Virus record (IMG/VR): IMGVR_UViG_3300005805_000085
Coordinates: 1,963-65,962 of that record
DNA: 64,000 nucleotides
Source of the DNA: an uncultured virus (IMG/VR IMGVR_UViG_3300005805_000085)
Taxonomy: Duplodnaviria; Heunggongvirae; Uroviricota; Caudoviricetes
Reading direction: 5' to 3' (one strand)
Shown: piece after piece, positions 1-6,944 of the stretch
Position numbering within the stretch: the stretch's first letter is position 1
Layout of the letters: each line of letters starts with the position of its first letter
Position numbers and translations under genes: made by a program
The notes under the pieces: model-generated
Databases searched by the model: none
The model's input: the letters and a program-made list of their open reading frames with translations, nothing else
What the model was told of the DNA's origin: nothing

Positions 1-32
1 CTTAGCAAGAACTGTGCCAGGTGCTGGCGCCG

Positions 33-62
33 ATTTTATCATATAAAATCGGCCCGTGTCAA
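33..62 (-). promoter_or_regulatory. Leftward sigma-70 promoter
   Basis: TTGACA-N18-TAAAAT with extended TG, embedded in the palindrome CCGATTTTAT-CAT-ATAAAATCGG. Confidence 0.6.
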
Positions 63-128
63 GCGCAGAATTGTAACAATTTGTAACCGTGGCTTTTTCG
101 CCACAAAGCAAGATTCGTGCCAGGCGTA

Positions 129-147
129 GATGCGAATGATTCTCATT
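129..147. promoter_or_regulatory. Fur-box-like site
   Basis: Reverse complement AATGAGAATCATTCGCATC resembles the proteobacterial Fur box. Confidence 0.65.
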
Positions 148-212
148 CTCACCAAGCAAAATTCGTGCCACTAGCAAAATTCGTGCCACTAGCAAGATTC
201 GTGCCAGGCTAA

Positions 213-260
213 GTTAGTGAGCACTCACTAACCCCACCAAGTTAGTGAGCACTTACTAAC
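213..260. repeat. Two 20-bp operator-like palindromes
   Basis: GTTAGTGAGCACTCACTAAC (213-232) and GTTAGTGAGCACTTACTAAC (241-260). Confidence 0.8.
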
Positions 261-273
261 CTGCAAAGCAGGT

Positions 274-372
274 TGCGCCAGTGCAAAACCTTGTCAAGTG
301 CAAAATCTTGGCCGTGCGCCAGTGCAAAACCTTGCAAGCGCAAAAACTTGGTCTTCTTGCGCCAGTGCAAAA
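274..372. repeat. Three direct repeats TGCGCCAGTGCAAAA at 41-43 bp spacing
   Basis: Copies start at 274, 315 and 358. Confidence 0.85.
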
Positions 373-395
373 GTGGCAAACCGAAAAATCTAGTC

Positions 396-424
396 TTGCT
401 TGTGAGTGGTAAACCTTGTATAAT
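396..424 (+). promoter_or_regulatory. T5-type sigma-70 promoter
   Basis: TTGCTT-N17-TATAAT followed by an AT-rich ATTTAT. Confidence 0.8.
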
Positions 425-456
425 ATTTATATTGAGTCAGCGATTAAAGGAACAAC

Positions 457-525
457 ATGAACAAATTTGTGCCACCGGATACCGTAGGCGATTTACCTGA
501 CTGGTTGAAGCCTAAAAAATCCTGA
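457..525 (+). CDS. 22-aa micropeptide MNKFVPPDTVGDLPDWLKPKKS
   Basis: Own promoter (396-424), AAGGA RBS, ATG...TGA; below the ORF-track cutoff. Confidence 0.6.
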   Translation: MNKFVPPDTVGDLPDWLKPKKS

Positions 526-526
526 C

Positions 527-555
527 TTGATTCCTAAGCCTAATCCCTGTATAAT
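527..555 (+). promoter_or_regulatory. T5-type sigma-70 promoter
   Basis: TTGATT-N17-TATAAT. Confidence 0.8.
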
Positions 556-583
556 ATTTATATTGATTGATAAGGAAACCCAA

Positions 584-892
584 ATGACTGACAAAGTAAT
601 GAACTATACCCCTGAACAAGTTCAGGAACTGGTCCAGAAGTATCAGCAAGGCGTTAGCGTTGAGCAACTGGCTGAAACTCTTGGCAAGAGCGTGCGTAGT
701 GTGGTTGCTAAACTGAGCCGCGAGGGTGTGTACGTGGCGAAGACTCGGACCCAAAACTCGGCCCGAGTCACCAAAGCTGAGCTGGTCGAGCGCATCGCTC
801 GGGTATGCGATCGTAATAGTGAACAGTTTGAATCGCTGGAAAAAGCAAATCAGGATGTTCTGACCCGCCTGGTCGAAGTGCTCAAAGCCTGA
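584..892 (+). CDS. T5 A2/D3-like small HTH DNA-binding protein
   Basis: YTPEQVQELVQKY...LAETLGKSVRSVVAKLSREGVY; TAAGGA RBS before ATG 584. Confidence 0.65.
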   Translation: MTDKVMNYTPEQVQELVQKYQQGVSVEQLAETLGKSVRSVVAKLSREGVYVAKTRTQNSARVTKAELVERIARVCDRNSEQFESLEKANQDVLTRLVEVLKA

Positions 893-919
893 TCGTGTGG
901 GGGCTGCAAAAATTTACTC

Positions 920-948
920 TTGCAACCCCCGCTCAAACAGTGTATAAT
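920..948 (+). promoter_or_regulatory. Sigma-70 promoter driving the ncRNA cassette
   Basis: TTGCAA-N17-TATAAT; no long ORF before the terminator at 1337. Confidence 0.8.
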
Positions 949-954
949 ATTATT

Positions 955-1241
955 ATAGTTTGGGAAATGCGATAAAGCGCACAAACAGAGTCCACTTAGC
1001 CAACTACAAGTGTCGATAACCTAAGTACGAGACTCAAGTTTGATTCCCAAACTATCCCACTTCAGAAAAGCAGCAGTTAGTTACTGCTAGCAGATGGTAA
1101 TATTGGTCTGTAGTTTTATGATGTCTGGCTCTGACCGGTCCCTAATGTCAAGTACCTGTGGGCAGTAACTCCAGAGAACGCACTTACGGGAATCAACCAG
1201 ACCCTAAACCAAGGCAATCCCAACCATCGTTGCTGCTTTTC
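955..1241 (+). ncRNA. Two stem-closed structured RNA domains (955-1055, 1065-1241), unknown family
   Basis: ATAGTTTGGGAA/TTCCCAAACTAT (12 bp), GAAAAGCAGCA/TGCTGCTTTTC (11 bp), inner AGTTACTGCT/GGCAGTAACT. Confidence 0.6.
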
Positions 1242-1246
1242 ACCCT

Positions 1247-1334
1247 ATTCCTCTGATGAGCTCACCAAGAGCGAAACCCAAACCAGGAAAGCTAGTGCCC
1301 CATGCCTAGGTGAGTACGGTTTAGGGTCAGGAAT
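1247..1334 (+). ncRNA. Type I hammerhead ribozyme
   Basis: Stem I ATTCCT/AGGAAT; core CTGATGA; stem II GCTC-accaa-GAGC; GAAA; stem III CCCAAACC/GGTTTAGGG; GUC cleavage triplet (cut after C1328). Confidence 0.9.
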
Positions 1335-1336
1335 CG

Positions 1337-1370
1337 AGCTCCTACAGCGCAAGTTGTAGGAGCTTTTTTA
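1337..1370 (+). terminator. Rho-independent terminator
   Basis: AGCTCCTACAGC-GCAA-GTTGTAGGAGCT followed by a T-run. Confidence 0.85.
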
Positions 1371-1387
1371 TTTGCTCCGGCGCCAAT

Positions 1388-1417
1388 ATTATACAGTGGT
1401 AAACCTTTATGTGTCAA
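1388..1417 (-). promoter_or_regulatory. Leftward sigma-70 promoter antisense to the ncRNA cassette
   Basis: TTGACA-N18-TATAAT followed by ATTGGCGCC. Confidence 0.7.
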
Positions 1418-1482
1418 GAGCAAATTTGTTGGGGTTCTGACCCTAAGCCAGAGCAAGTCGGTACAATTTACGCCCGCAAAAC

Positions 1483-1521
1483 AAAAACCCCCAAAGCCGC
1501 ATAGGTTTTGGGGGTTTTTTC
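1483..1521 (-). terminator. Terminator (bidirectional-type)
   Basis: AAAAACCCCCAAAGCC...GGTTTTGGGGGTTTTT. Confidence 0.8.
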
Positions 1522-1534
1522 TGATTACTACGGT

Positions 1535-1846
1535 TTAGGGTCGGTTATTCTTGGATAATTCCCGTTCTATGACCTCGAGCACACCTTTATTGACCTTTTC
1601 TAGACTTTCTAGGAGTTCAAGGTTCATGTTGAGCAGTAGGGCGATCCGTTCGATGTACTCCGACTTCTTGCGTGGAACCTCACCACGTTTGTTTAGGTAC
1701 TGTTTTTTCTGGTACACCTCGAGCGAGCTGAGCTTGGCAATTATGCTACGTTGTGGCACTTGTAGCTCTTGAGCTAGTTGGTCCACTGAGACACCCTCTC
1801 GGTATCTTTGCACTAGACGGTCAGTAATTTCTTTAGTATATTTCAT
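1535..1846 (-). CDS. Second A2/D3-like HTH protein, paralogue of 584-892
   Basis: MKYTKEITDRLVQRYREGVSVDQLAQEL...RSIIAKLS...ESLEKVN aligns along its length with 584-892. Confidence 0.7.
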   Translation of the reverse strand: MKYTKEITDRLVQRYREGVSVDQLAQELQVPQRSIIAKLSSLEVYQKKQYLNKRGEVPRKKSEYIERIALLLNMNLELLESLEKVNKGVLEVIERELSKNNRP

Positions 1847-1850
1847 GTTG

Positions 1851-2633
1851 TTAGTCGTCCCATGGCATATCTGCGACTTTGACTTGTTTCGGACCCTCAA
1901 CCGCCGCAACCGAAAAAATCTCATCGGGTACTAGGGGTGTGGGCATCCTGTCCCACTGCCAGGGGTCTAAGATTAAGTAGGGTGTTCGTAGCTGTGGGTG
2001 GCAAACCCAGATTTGTGTAAGCATGGTGAGTACTAGTTTAGGCACTTCCCGCCAAGGTGAGTCTAAGCCTGTAAGTTGCCAAGTTGCTAGTGCTGATCTT
2101 TGTTGACCACTTCGTTGACCAGTTTTGATGGTTAAACCTCTGGTACGAACCTCTACGAGTTCATCCGACCCTAAACCGCTCCAGGTAGTATTTTCCTTAG
2201 CCCACCTCAAGCACTCGTAAAGATCTCGACTAATAATCCTGTCTAGGCCTTCCAGCGGCCACTGCTGGTAACCCACACCCCGATCTCGTTTTTGTGCTAG
2301 CATGATTGTGGGAGCTAGGGCGCTCCAATTTACACTCTGGGGGTCACTTTGACGACGAATCAATTTTGAACGGGGAACTCTACACACCAGTCTCCATAAA
2401 CCCAAATCCCAATCGCTGCAGATATTGATACGGAGCGTCTTGGGAATGTCTACCCTACCTTGGTCGTCTAAAATAAGATTCCACCGTTGGTAATGCCCCA
2501 CAATCTGAGGCCATAGCCAGCCTTCCTTAGTGATCAGTTGTTGTTCTGCAACCCAAGCCTCAAGCAGTTTAGGGTCAGTTTGGTTAGCGATTTCGTGGAG
2601 TGGAACTGCTTCCAGCTTATTTAGTTTTTGCAT
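1851..2633 (-). CDS. Hypothetical Trp-rich protein with acidic C-terminal tail (ADMPWDD)
   Basis: 260-aa ORF downstream of promoter 2871-2899. Confidence 0.75.
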   Translation of the reverse strand: MQKLNKLEAVPLHEIANQTDPKLLEAWVAEQQLITKEGWLWPQIVGHYQRWNLILDDQGRVDIPKTLRINICSDWDLGLWRLVCRVPRSKLIRRQSDPQSVNWSALAPTIMLAQKRDRGVGYQQWPLEGLDRIISRDLYECLRWAKENTTWSGLGSDELVEVRTRGLTIKTGQRSGQQRSALATWQLTGLDSPWREVPKLVLTMLTQIWVCHPQLRTPYLILDPWQWDRMPTPLVPDEIFSVAAVEGPKQVKVADMPWDD

Positions 2634-2715
2634 CGAGTTTTAGCGTAAAATAGGGGTATAAAAATTTATTATAATTTGTATAAAAGAAAACAATTCGCCA
2701 AATTATTTATTTGGA

Positions 2716-2840
2716 GTGATTAACACCTCTAGTTTTAAACACAACTGCACTAGGCTTACTGGGCCTCCGGGAACCCTCGTTGGAATCGTCCCAGGTCCTG
2801 CATAGCTTTGTGCAGTTGTTTTAAACTAGGGTTTAATCAC
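2716..2840 (-). ncRNA. Long imperfect hairpin in a 5' leader (ncRNA or DNA cruciform)
   Basis: GTGATTAA..CTAGTTT..ACAACTGCAC pairs with GTGCAGTTGT..AAACTAG..TTAATCAC. Confidence 0.5.
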
Positions 2841-2870
2841 CAATTGTTTAATCTCTTTAGATATAACAAT

Positions 2871-2899
2871 ATTATATCATACTTTTTTGTGTTTTGCAA
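2871..2899 (-). promoter_or_regulatory. T5-type sigma-70 promoter
   Basis: TTGCAA-N17-TATAAT on the minus strand. Confidence 0.8.
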
Positions 2900-2922
2900 G
2901 CGTATTTTTATCAGTGCTTAGG

Positions 2923-3117
2923 TTAATCTTCATGTTGGACCCTGACATAGCAATCTGTGTACATTGGGGTACTGGTGAATACGTAAACTTCTCGGTGGGG
3001 AAACATCTGGTTAAAATAAAGTTTAACCTGTTCGGTGTTGATGGGGGTGTGGTCTAGGTTCTTGACCCACCAGGTGTTGTGGTTAACGACTTCGATAAAC
3101 TGGGGAGGGTTATTCAT
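2923..3117 (-). CDS. Hypothetical protein
   Basis: Coupled ORF in the minus-strand early operon. Confidence 0.55.
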   Translation of the reverse strand: MNNPPQFIEVVNHNTWWVKNLDHTPINTEQVKLYFNQMFPHREVYVFTSTPMYTDCYVRVQHED

Positions 3118-3292
3118 GGCGGTCTTCCTGGAAGTCAAACCACTCATCTAGTTCACTCCATATCGCTTGATAAATTTCGGTATGGATTTGGAGTTCAGTA
3201 GGATTATCTTGGTGCTTATGTGCACGTTGCCAGCCAAGCTGAATGCCGGTTTCAATGCACTGGTCTAGTACGGGAATGGTTTTAGGAGTCAT
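3110..3292 (-). CDS. Hypothetical protein
   Basis: Overlapping start/stop with neighbours. Confidence 0.65.
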   Translation of the reverse strand: MTPKTIPVLDQCIETGIQLGWQRAHKHQDNPTELQIHTEIYQAIWSELDEWFDFQEDRHE

Positions 3293-3486
3293 TATGCGCT
3301 CAAATCAAAGTTAGAGGGATATACAATCTGGTAGAGTTGGTCATAGGCTTTACCGATCTGGCCACTCTCCATGAGTTGGAGAATTTTTTCTAGTTCGTGT
3401 TGTTGGACTGTGTAGATGGCTTCGGTGATTTGGGTTTGCCATAGATTGGTGTCGAAGTTGGGTTTTTTATAACTATCATCCCACAT
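3292..3486 (-). CDS. Hypothetical protein
   Basis: GGAGAGG RBS before ATG 3486. Confidence 0.6.
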   Translation of the reverse strand: MWDDSYKKPNFDTNLWQTQITEAIYTVQQHELEKILQLMESGQIGKAYDQLYQIVYPSNFDLSA

Positions 3487-3757
3487 AGTGGTACCTCTCC
3501 AAAATAGTACGGATACAATCGCTAATAGCATTTAGTTCTACAGTAGCTTGTGGTTCTTGTAGATGTTGCATAGGTAAGAGGGCCAGCTGGGTAGCACAGT
3601 CACGAGCGACCAGTTGTACTAGATGTTTAACACACTCCTGCTGGTACTGGTCTAGCTCATCCCAGCCGCCTTGGGCGATAAGTCCGCTGTTGTAAAGTAA
3701 GTCTTCAAAGGGATGGTGTGGAAAGTCTATAGGATTTGTGGTGTTTGTCTGGTGCAT
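3476..3757 (-). CDS. Hypothetical protein (start uncertain)
   Basis: ORF within the operon. Confidence 0.55.
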   Translation of the reverse strand: MHQTNTTNPIDFPHHPFEDLLYNSGLIAQGGWDELDQYQQECVKHLVQLVARDCATQLALLPMQHLQEPQATVELNAISDCIRTILERYHYVG

Positions 3758-3926
3758 CGTTTGCCTCGTCATCAGGTATTCGTTCGCCATAGGGGTCAAT
3801 AATATCAAATCGTTTACCGCACTGCTTACACCACCACCAAGACCAGCCTAGGCCGTTGTAGTGGAAAAGCTTTTGGCCGGTGTGGTTGTTAGGTGGACAT
3901 GGAGTTCTGTCTAAGTTTAGTTTCAT
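3705..3926 (-). CDS. Hypothetical small Zn-ribbon-like protein
   Basis: C..H and CKQC motifs; ATGA overlap. Confidence 0.55.
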   Translation of the reverse strand: MKLNLDRTPCPPNNHTGQKLFHYNGLGWSWWWCKQCGKRFDIIDPYGERIPDDEANDAPDKHHKSYRLSTPSL

Positions 3927-4234
3927 TTGTCAACTCCAAACTGGTCTTTAATGAGTTTAGCTAAAGTCCAACCCCTAATATCCGGATTACGAGCAGCTAT
4001 ACTAGCACATTCCAGAATAATCAACTCGGCGAACTTTTCTGAATAGTAATCAACCCACCTATTCATATCTTTTTCAAAATAATCGGTATCCAAGTTGGTT
4101 GTGATAGCGGCCTCAATAGCAAGTTCTCGAATCAATAGGTTCATTTGGGGTTTTACCTCAACCGGACCACACACGTGTGCATAGTCCCATGTAGGATCAA
4201 ATTGACCACATTTGTGGCATTGTATAAGCTGCAT
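3923..4234 (-). CDS. Hypothetical protein
   Basis: CHKC..HVC N-terminus; EKFAELIILEC motif common in aquatic phages. Confidence 0.65.
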   Translation of the reverse strand: MQLIQCHKCGQFDPTWDYAHVCGPVEVKPQMNLLIRELAIEAAITTNLDTDYFEKDMNRWVDYYSEKFAELIILECASIAARNPDIRGWTLAKLIKDQFGVDK

Positions 4235-4236
4235 AC

Positions 4237-4446
4237 CTACTCCTTGTAGTGTGCAAGCATATTAAGTGCCTCTAGCTGACCCCAAGTCAGAGCAAATCTC
4301 TGCCCGTCTAGTTCGCAGTCAAATCCCTCGCCGTTCTGCCATTCTGTCAGGTAGAGCTGCTTGTTCTCGCTTAGATAGCAGTACTTGTCTAGGTCTAGTT
4401 CACGTGTAGTAACTTGGTAGGTTTTAATCACAAAAATATGCCTCAA
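4237..4446 (-). CDS. Hypothetical protein
   Basis: ORF within the operon. Confidence 0.6.
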   Translation of the reverse strand: MRHIFVIKTYQVTTRELDLDKYCYLSENKQLYLTEWQNGEGFDCELDGQRFALTWGQLEALNMLAHYKE

Positions 4447-4648
4447 ATTGGTGTTTGTGGATTAGACATTTAAACCACACAGTATGTTCGTAGACGTTGG
4501 TCCACTCACGAATGTGCCACTGGTGTTGGGGAACATTTTCTCGTAACCAGTGTTTTACTGGTCTGAGCAAATCACTGTGGAATGGAGCTTGATACGCTTG
4601 GGGAATCCACCTCTGCTTATAGCTCCACTGTTCTTGCGGCGTCATCAT
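4424..4648 (-). CDS. Hypothetical protein
   Basis: AAGGA RBS, first gene after promoter 4674-4702. Confidence 0.65.
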   Translation of the reverse strand: MMTPQEQWSYKQRWIPQAYQAPFHSDLLRPVKHWLRENVPQHQWHIREWTNVYEHTVWFKCLIHKHQFEAYFCD

Positions 4649-4673
4649 ATGTCCTTTTCTCAAATTATATAAT

Positions 4674-4702
4674 ATTATAGCACAAACAAAAAGGGCATTC
4701 AA
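4674..4702 (-). promoter_or_regulatory. T5-type sigma-70 promoter
   Basis: TTGAAT-N17-TATAAT. Confidence 0.7.
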
Positions 4703-4737
4703 CACAAAAATAATTGTGGTGAATGCCCCAGTGGTAT

Positions 4738-5391
4738 TTATGATTTAATTTTTTGCCTGTAGTATTGAGTACAAGCTAGTTGTACAGCAACTAGGACAGG
4801 CAGTATCCCAACAACCCAACGATCTAGTGCTTGCAGCCAGTTAGCTAAGATTGGCTCATCAAGGATCATTTTGGTAGCTACTAGGTATAACACACCAGCT
4901 CCCCAATATACTAGCCACGGTCTATGCTCTAGGTGTTCTTGAATCCAAGTGGCCCCCCACACAATAATGGGTACACTAATTAGGAGACCTAGGATAATAA
5001 GTAGCCAACTGCCACCACTTGCCCCCGCAATAGCTAGGCTATTGTCTAGACCCATGGTAAAGTCAGCTAGTACAATGGTAGTAATGGCTCCGAACAGTGT
5101 AGTTTTACCCTCAACTGCAGCACTCTCTTGATGTTGGCCTAGCCGCCAAGCAATCCACACCAGTGCAAGTCCGCCTACCAGCCGTAAGCCTGGAATAAGG
5201 AGCAGCCATGCTAAGATAACTACACAGACGAATCGGGCTACCACCGCTCCTACTGTACCCCACAAAATAGCCTTACGCTTTAGGTCTAGTGGCAGGTTAC
5301 GACTAGCTAGTGCAATTACTAGTGCATTTTCACCGCCTAGTACAATGTCGATAAGGATGATGGTGACTAGTGCTAGGAAAAATTCCATCAT
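4738..5391 (-). CDS. TerC-family (YjbE-like) integral membrane protein
   Basis: IILIDIVLGGENALVIALASRNLP, ADFTMGLDNSLAIAGA, GLLISVPIIVWGA. Confidence 0.9.
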   Translation of the reverse strand: MMEFFLALVTIILIDIVLGGENALVIALASRNLPLDLKRKAILWGTVGAVVARFVCVVILAWLLLIPGLRLVGGLALVWIAWRLGQHQESAAVEGKTTLFGAITTIVLADFTMGLDNSLAIAGASGGSWLLIILGLLISVPIIVWGATWIQEHLEHRPWLVYWGAGVLYLVATKMILDEPILANWLQALDRWVVGILPVLVAVQLACTQYYRQKIKS

Positions 5392-5723
5392 AGCTGAATC
5401 CAGTCAATTTCGTCTTTGTACCAGACACACTCTAGTCCATCATACTCATGAATAAAAAACTTGCGATGCCGGTCGGTCCAGCAGACTTCAAGTTCTTGTA
5501 TGTCTTCTATGCTAATATTATCAAGAAGTACAGTACCCTCTTGGTTAGCAATCTCCGTTACAAGGTCTATGGCATCTTCCCAAACCCCCTCATCAACAGC
5601 CCTGCATAGTTCAGCATCCACACAAAGTCGCCAGATATAATGGTAGGTAAACCAGCCGGTACCATATCCTCGGGTGATTAGTACCCCAACCTGCCCCTGT
5701 TCGTTAGTATAGTAATTACCCAC
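5388..5723 (-). CDS. Hypothetical phage protein
   Basis: VLITRGYGTGW...EYDGLE pattern. Confidence 0.7.
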   Translation of the reverse strand: MGNYYTNEQGQVGVLITRGYGTGWFTYHYIWRLCVDAELCRAVDEGVWEDAIDLVTEIANQEGTVLLDNISIEDIQELEVCWTDRHRKFFIHEYDGLECVWYKDEIDWIQL

Positions 5724-5955
5724 GATATGCCCACTCCTTAATCTTGAGTCTAGCTAGTTCGAGCGCTTCCTCACACTGGGGAAGTGGTCCCGCATAACTA
5801 TTAGCAATAATTTGATCAACTTGTTCTACCAGTTGGTTAACAAACCAGTCTACTGGGCTCATATTAATTGGGGCCGCTAGTTGAGATTTAACCCAGAGGT
5901 CCCAAACCCCTTCACTTATATGCTGAACTTGATTGCTCACTGCAATGCCATCCAT
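5716..5955 (-). CDS. Hypothetical protein (start uncertain)
   Basis: ORF within the operon. Confidence 0.55.
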   Translation of the reverse strand: MDGIAVSNQVQHISEGVWDLWVKSQLAAPINMSPVDWFVNQLVEQVDQIIANSYAGPLPQCEEALELARLKIKEWAYRG

Positions 5956-6106
5956 GTTGAGTTTTGATTACTACACCACCGCGGGTAAAGCAGTCTTGGT
6001 GTGGGTCTAGGTGATATTTAATGGTGTTAGCTACATATGCTAGTGTGACCAGCACAAACATACCAATTAGTGTCCAGTGTAGTATGGTTTTATTTTCTTC
6101 GTTCAT
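5912..6106 (-). CDS. Hypothetical membrane protein
   Basis: N-terminal TM helix, C..RGG...C. Confidence 0.6.
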   Translation of the reverse strand: MNEENKTILHWTLIGMFVLVTLAYVANTIKYHLDPHQDCFTRGGVVIKTQHGWHCSEQSSSAYK

Positions 6107-6321
6107 ACCGTTTCCATGTTGTGGTATTTGCCAAGACCCTTGAGCAGTTCAGGATTAATAATAGGCTGATAAGCACCTTTAGCAAGGGGAACTACGCAGT
6201 GTGTTTGCTGGCGTGCTTTACGCTCGCCGCACACTAAACACAGCTTGCTGATGTAGAGATACCGCTCACGAGGCACATCATCCTGACACTGTGGATTAAC
6301 GCAGAAAAACATTGTAGTCAT
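6103..6321 (-). CDS. Small Zn-finger protein (DksA/TraR-like C4 pattern)
   Basis: CVNPQC..DVPRERY...CLVCGE. Confidence 0.55.
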   Translation of the reverse strand: MTTMFFCVNPQCQDDVPRERYLYISKLCLVCGERKARQQTHCVVPLAKGAYQPIINPELLKGLGKYHNMETV

Positions 6322-6348
6322 TGCCTTTTTTAATTTTGCAAAGAATAT

Positions 6349-6377
6349 ATTATACACAGTTAATCACACACAATCAA
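6349..6377 (-). promoter_or_regulatory. T5-type sigma-70 promoter
   Basis: TTGATT-N17-TATAAT. Confidence 0.7.
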
Positions 6378-6580
6378 GTGCGAATTCCTAAGGTTTGTTC
6401 TACTAGGAGTTTGCCCTCATCCGGGTTCAGGAATCGGCCCAAGCTATGACCACCAGCTGTAGCAATCCAGTCCCTACTATGCACACCAGGTCGCATAACC
6501 TGTGCCTGAATACGGTTCATTGTGTCTACAAGAATCCAAGTATTACCAAGTAGGATCTTCCAAGTAAGTTTTTCAGTCAT
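6374..6580 (-). CDS. Hypothetical protein
   Basis: Coupled ORF. Confidence 0.6.
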   Translation of the reverse strand: MTEKLTWKILLGNTWILVDTMNRIQAQVMRPGVHSRDWIATAGGHSLGRFLNPDEGKLLVEQTLGIRT

Positions 6581-6944
6581 TGCGATTCATTGCCTTTTTA
6601 AGCATATAAACAAGGTTATTAATAGTTTGCTTGTAGTTGTTAATACTAGCACGCTGACCCGGTAACCAGTCAGGTCTAAGTGTAAGTGCTAGCTCGTCGT
6701 CTTGTGTAACAATAATAGGTTTTTGAGAGCCATCCGACCAGCGCAGCCTGTAACACTCTAGGACCACAGTTTTGGGTTGATGTGGGGTAGTGGGGTCTGC
6801 ATCAGTTATCCACTGGGTAGTTGGGGGTTCTTGTACCGCTACACGTACTCTGCCCTGCTTTTCCATTTGTTCGATTAACCAGACCGGCAAGTCAAGGATT
6901 GTGATAGGCTCAAAGTCTTTGGTATAAAGTACTATATTCACCAC
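6573..6944 (-). CDS. Hypothetical protein
   Basis: Coupled ORF of 123 aa. Confidence 0.7.
   Translation of the reverse strand: MVNIVLYTKDFEPITILDLPVWLIEQMEKQGRVRVAVQEPPTTQWITDADPTTPHQPKTVVLECYRLRWSDGSQKPIIVTQDDELALTLRPDWLPGQRASINNYKQTINNLVYMLKKAMNRND

Larger units (their letters stand above)
4..206 (-). promoter_or_regulatory. Five sigma-54 (-24/-12) consensus motifs at 4-19, 107-122, 155-170, 173-188, 191-206
   Basis: Minus strand reads TGGCACAGTTCTTGCT, TGGCACGAATCTTGCT (x2) and TGGCACGAATTTTGCT (x2), each an exact GG-N10-GC; the last three have an 18-bp period. Confidence 0.8.

Noticed and set aside
155-372. CRISPR-like or iteron array
   Set aside because: Units are tandem or irregular without unique 30-40 nt spacers; no cas genes; better explained as sigma-54 and operator motifs
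273-500. 75-aa ORF
   Set aside because: Translation of the repeat tract, crosses a promoter, no RBS
955-1055. Retron msr-msd
   Set aside because: Terminal inverted repeat present but no reverse transcriptase in the window
1200-1328. TTTAGGG plant-telomere-like sequence or telomerase template
   Set aside because: Single dispersed copies, never tandem, and no RT; treated as part of the GACCCTAAA motif
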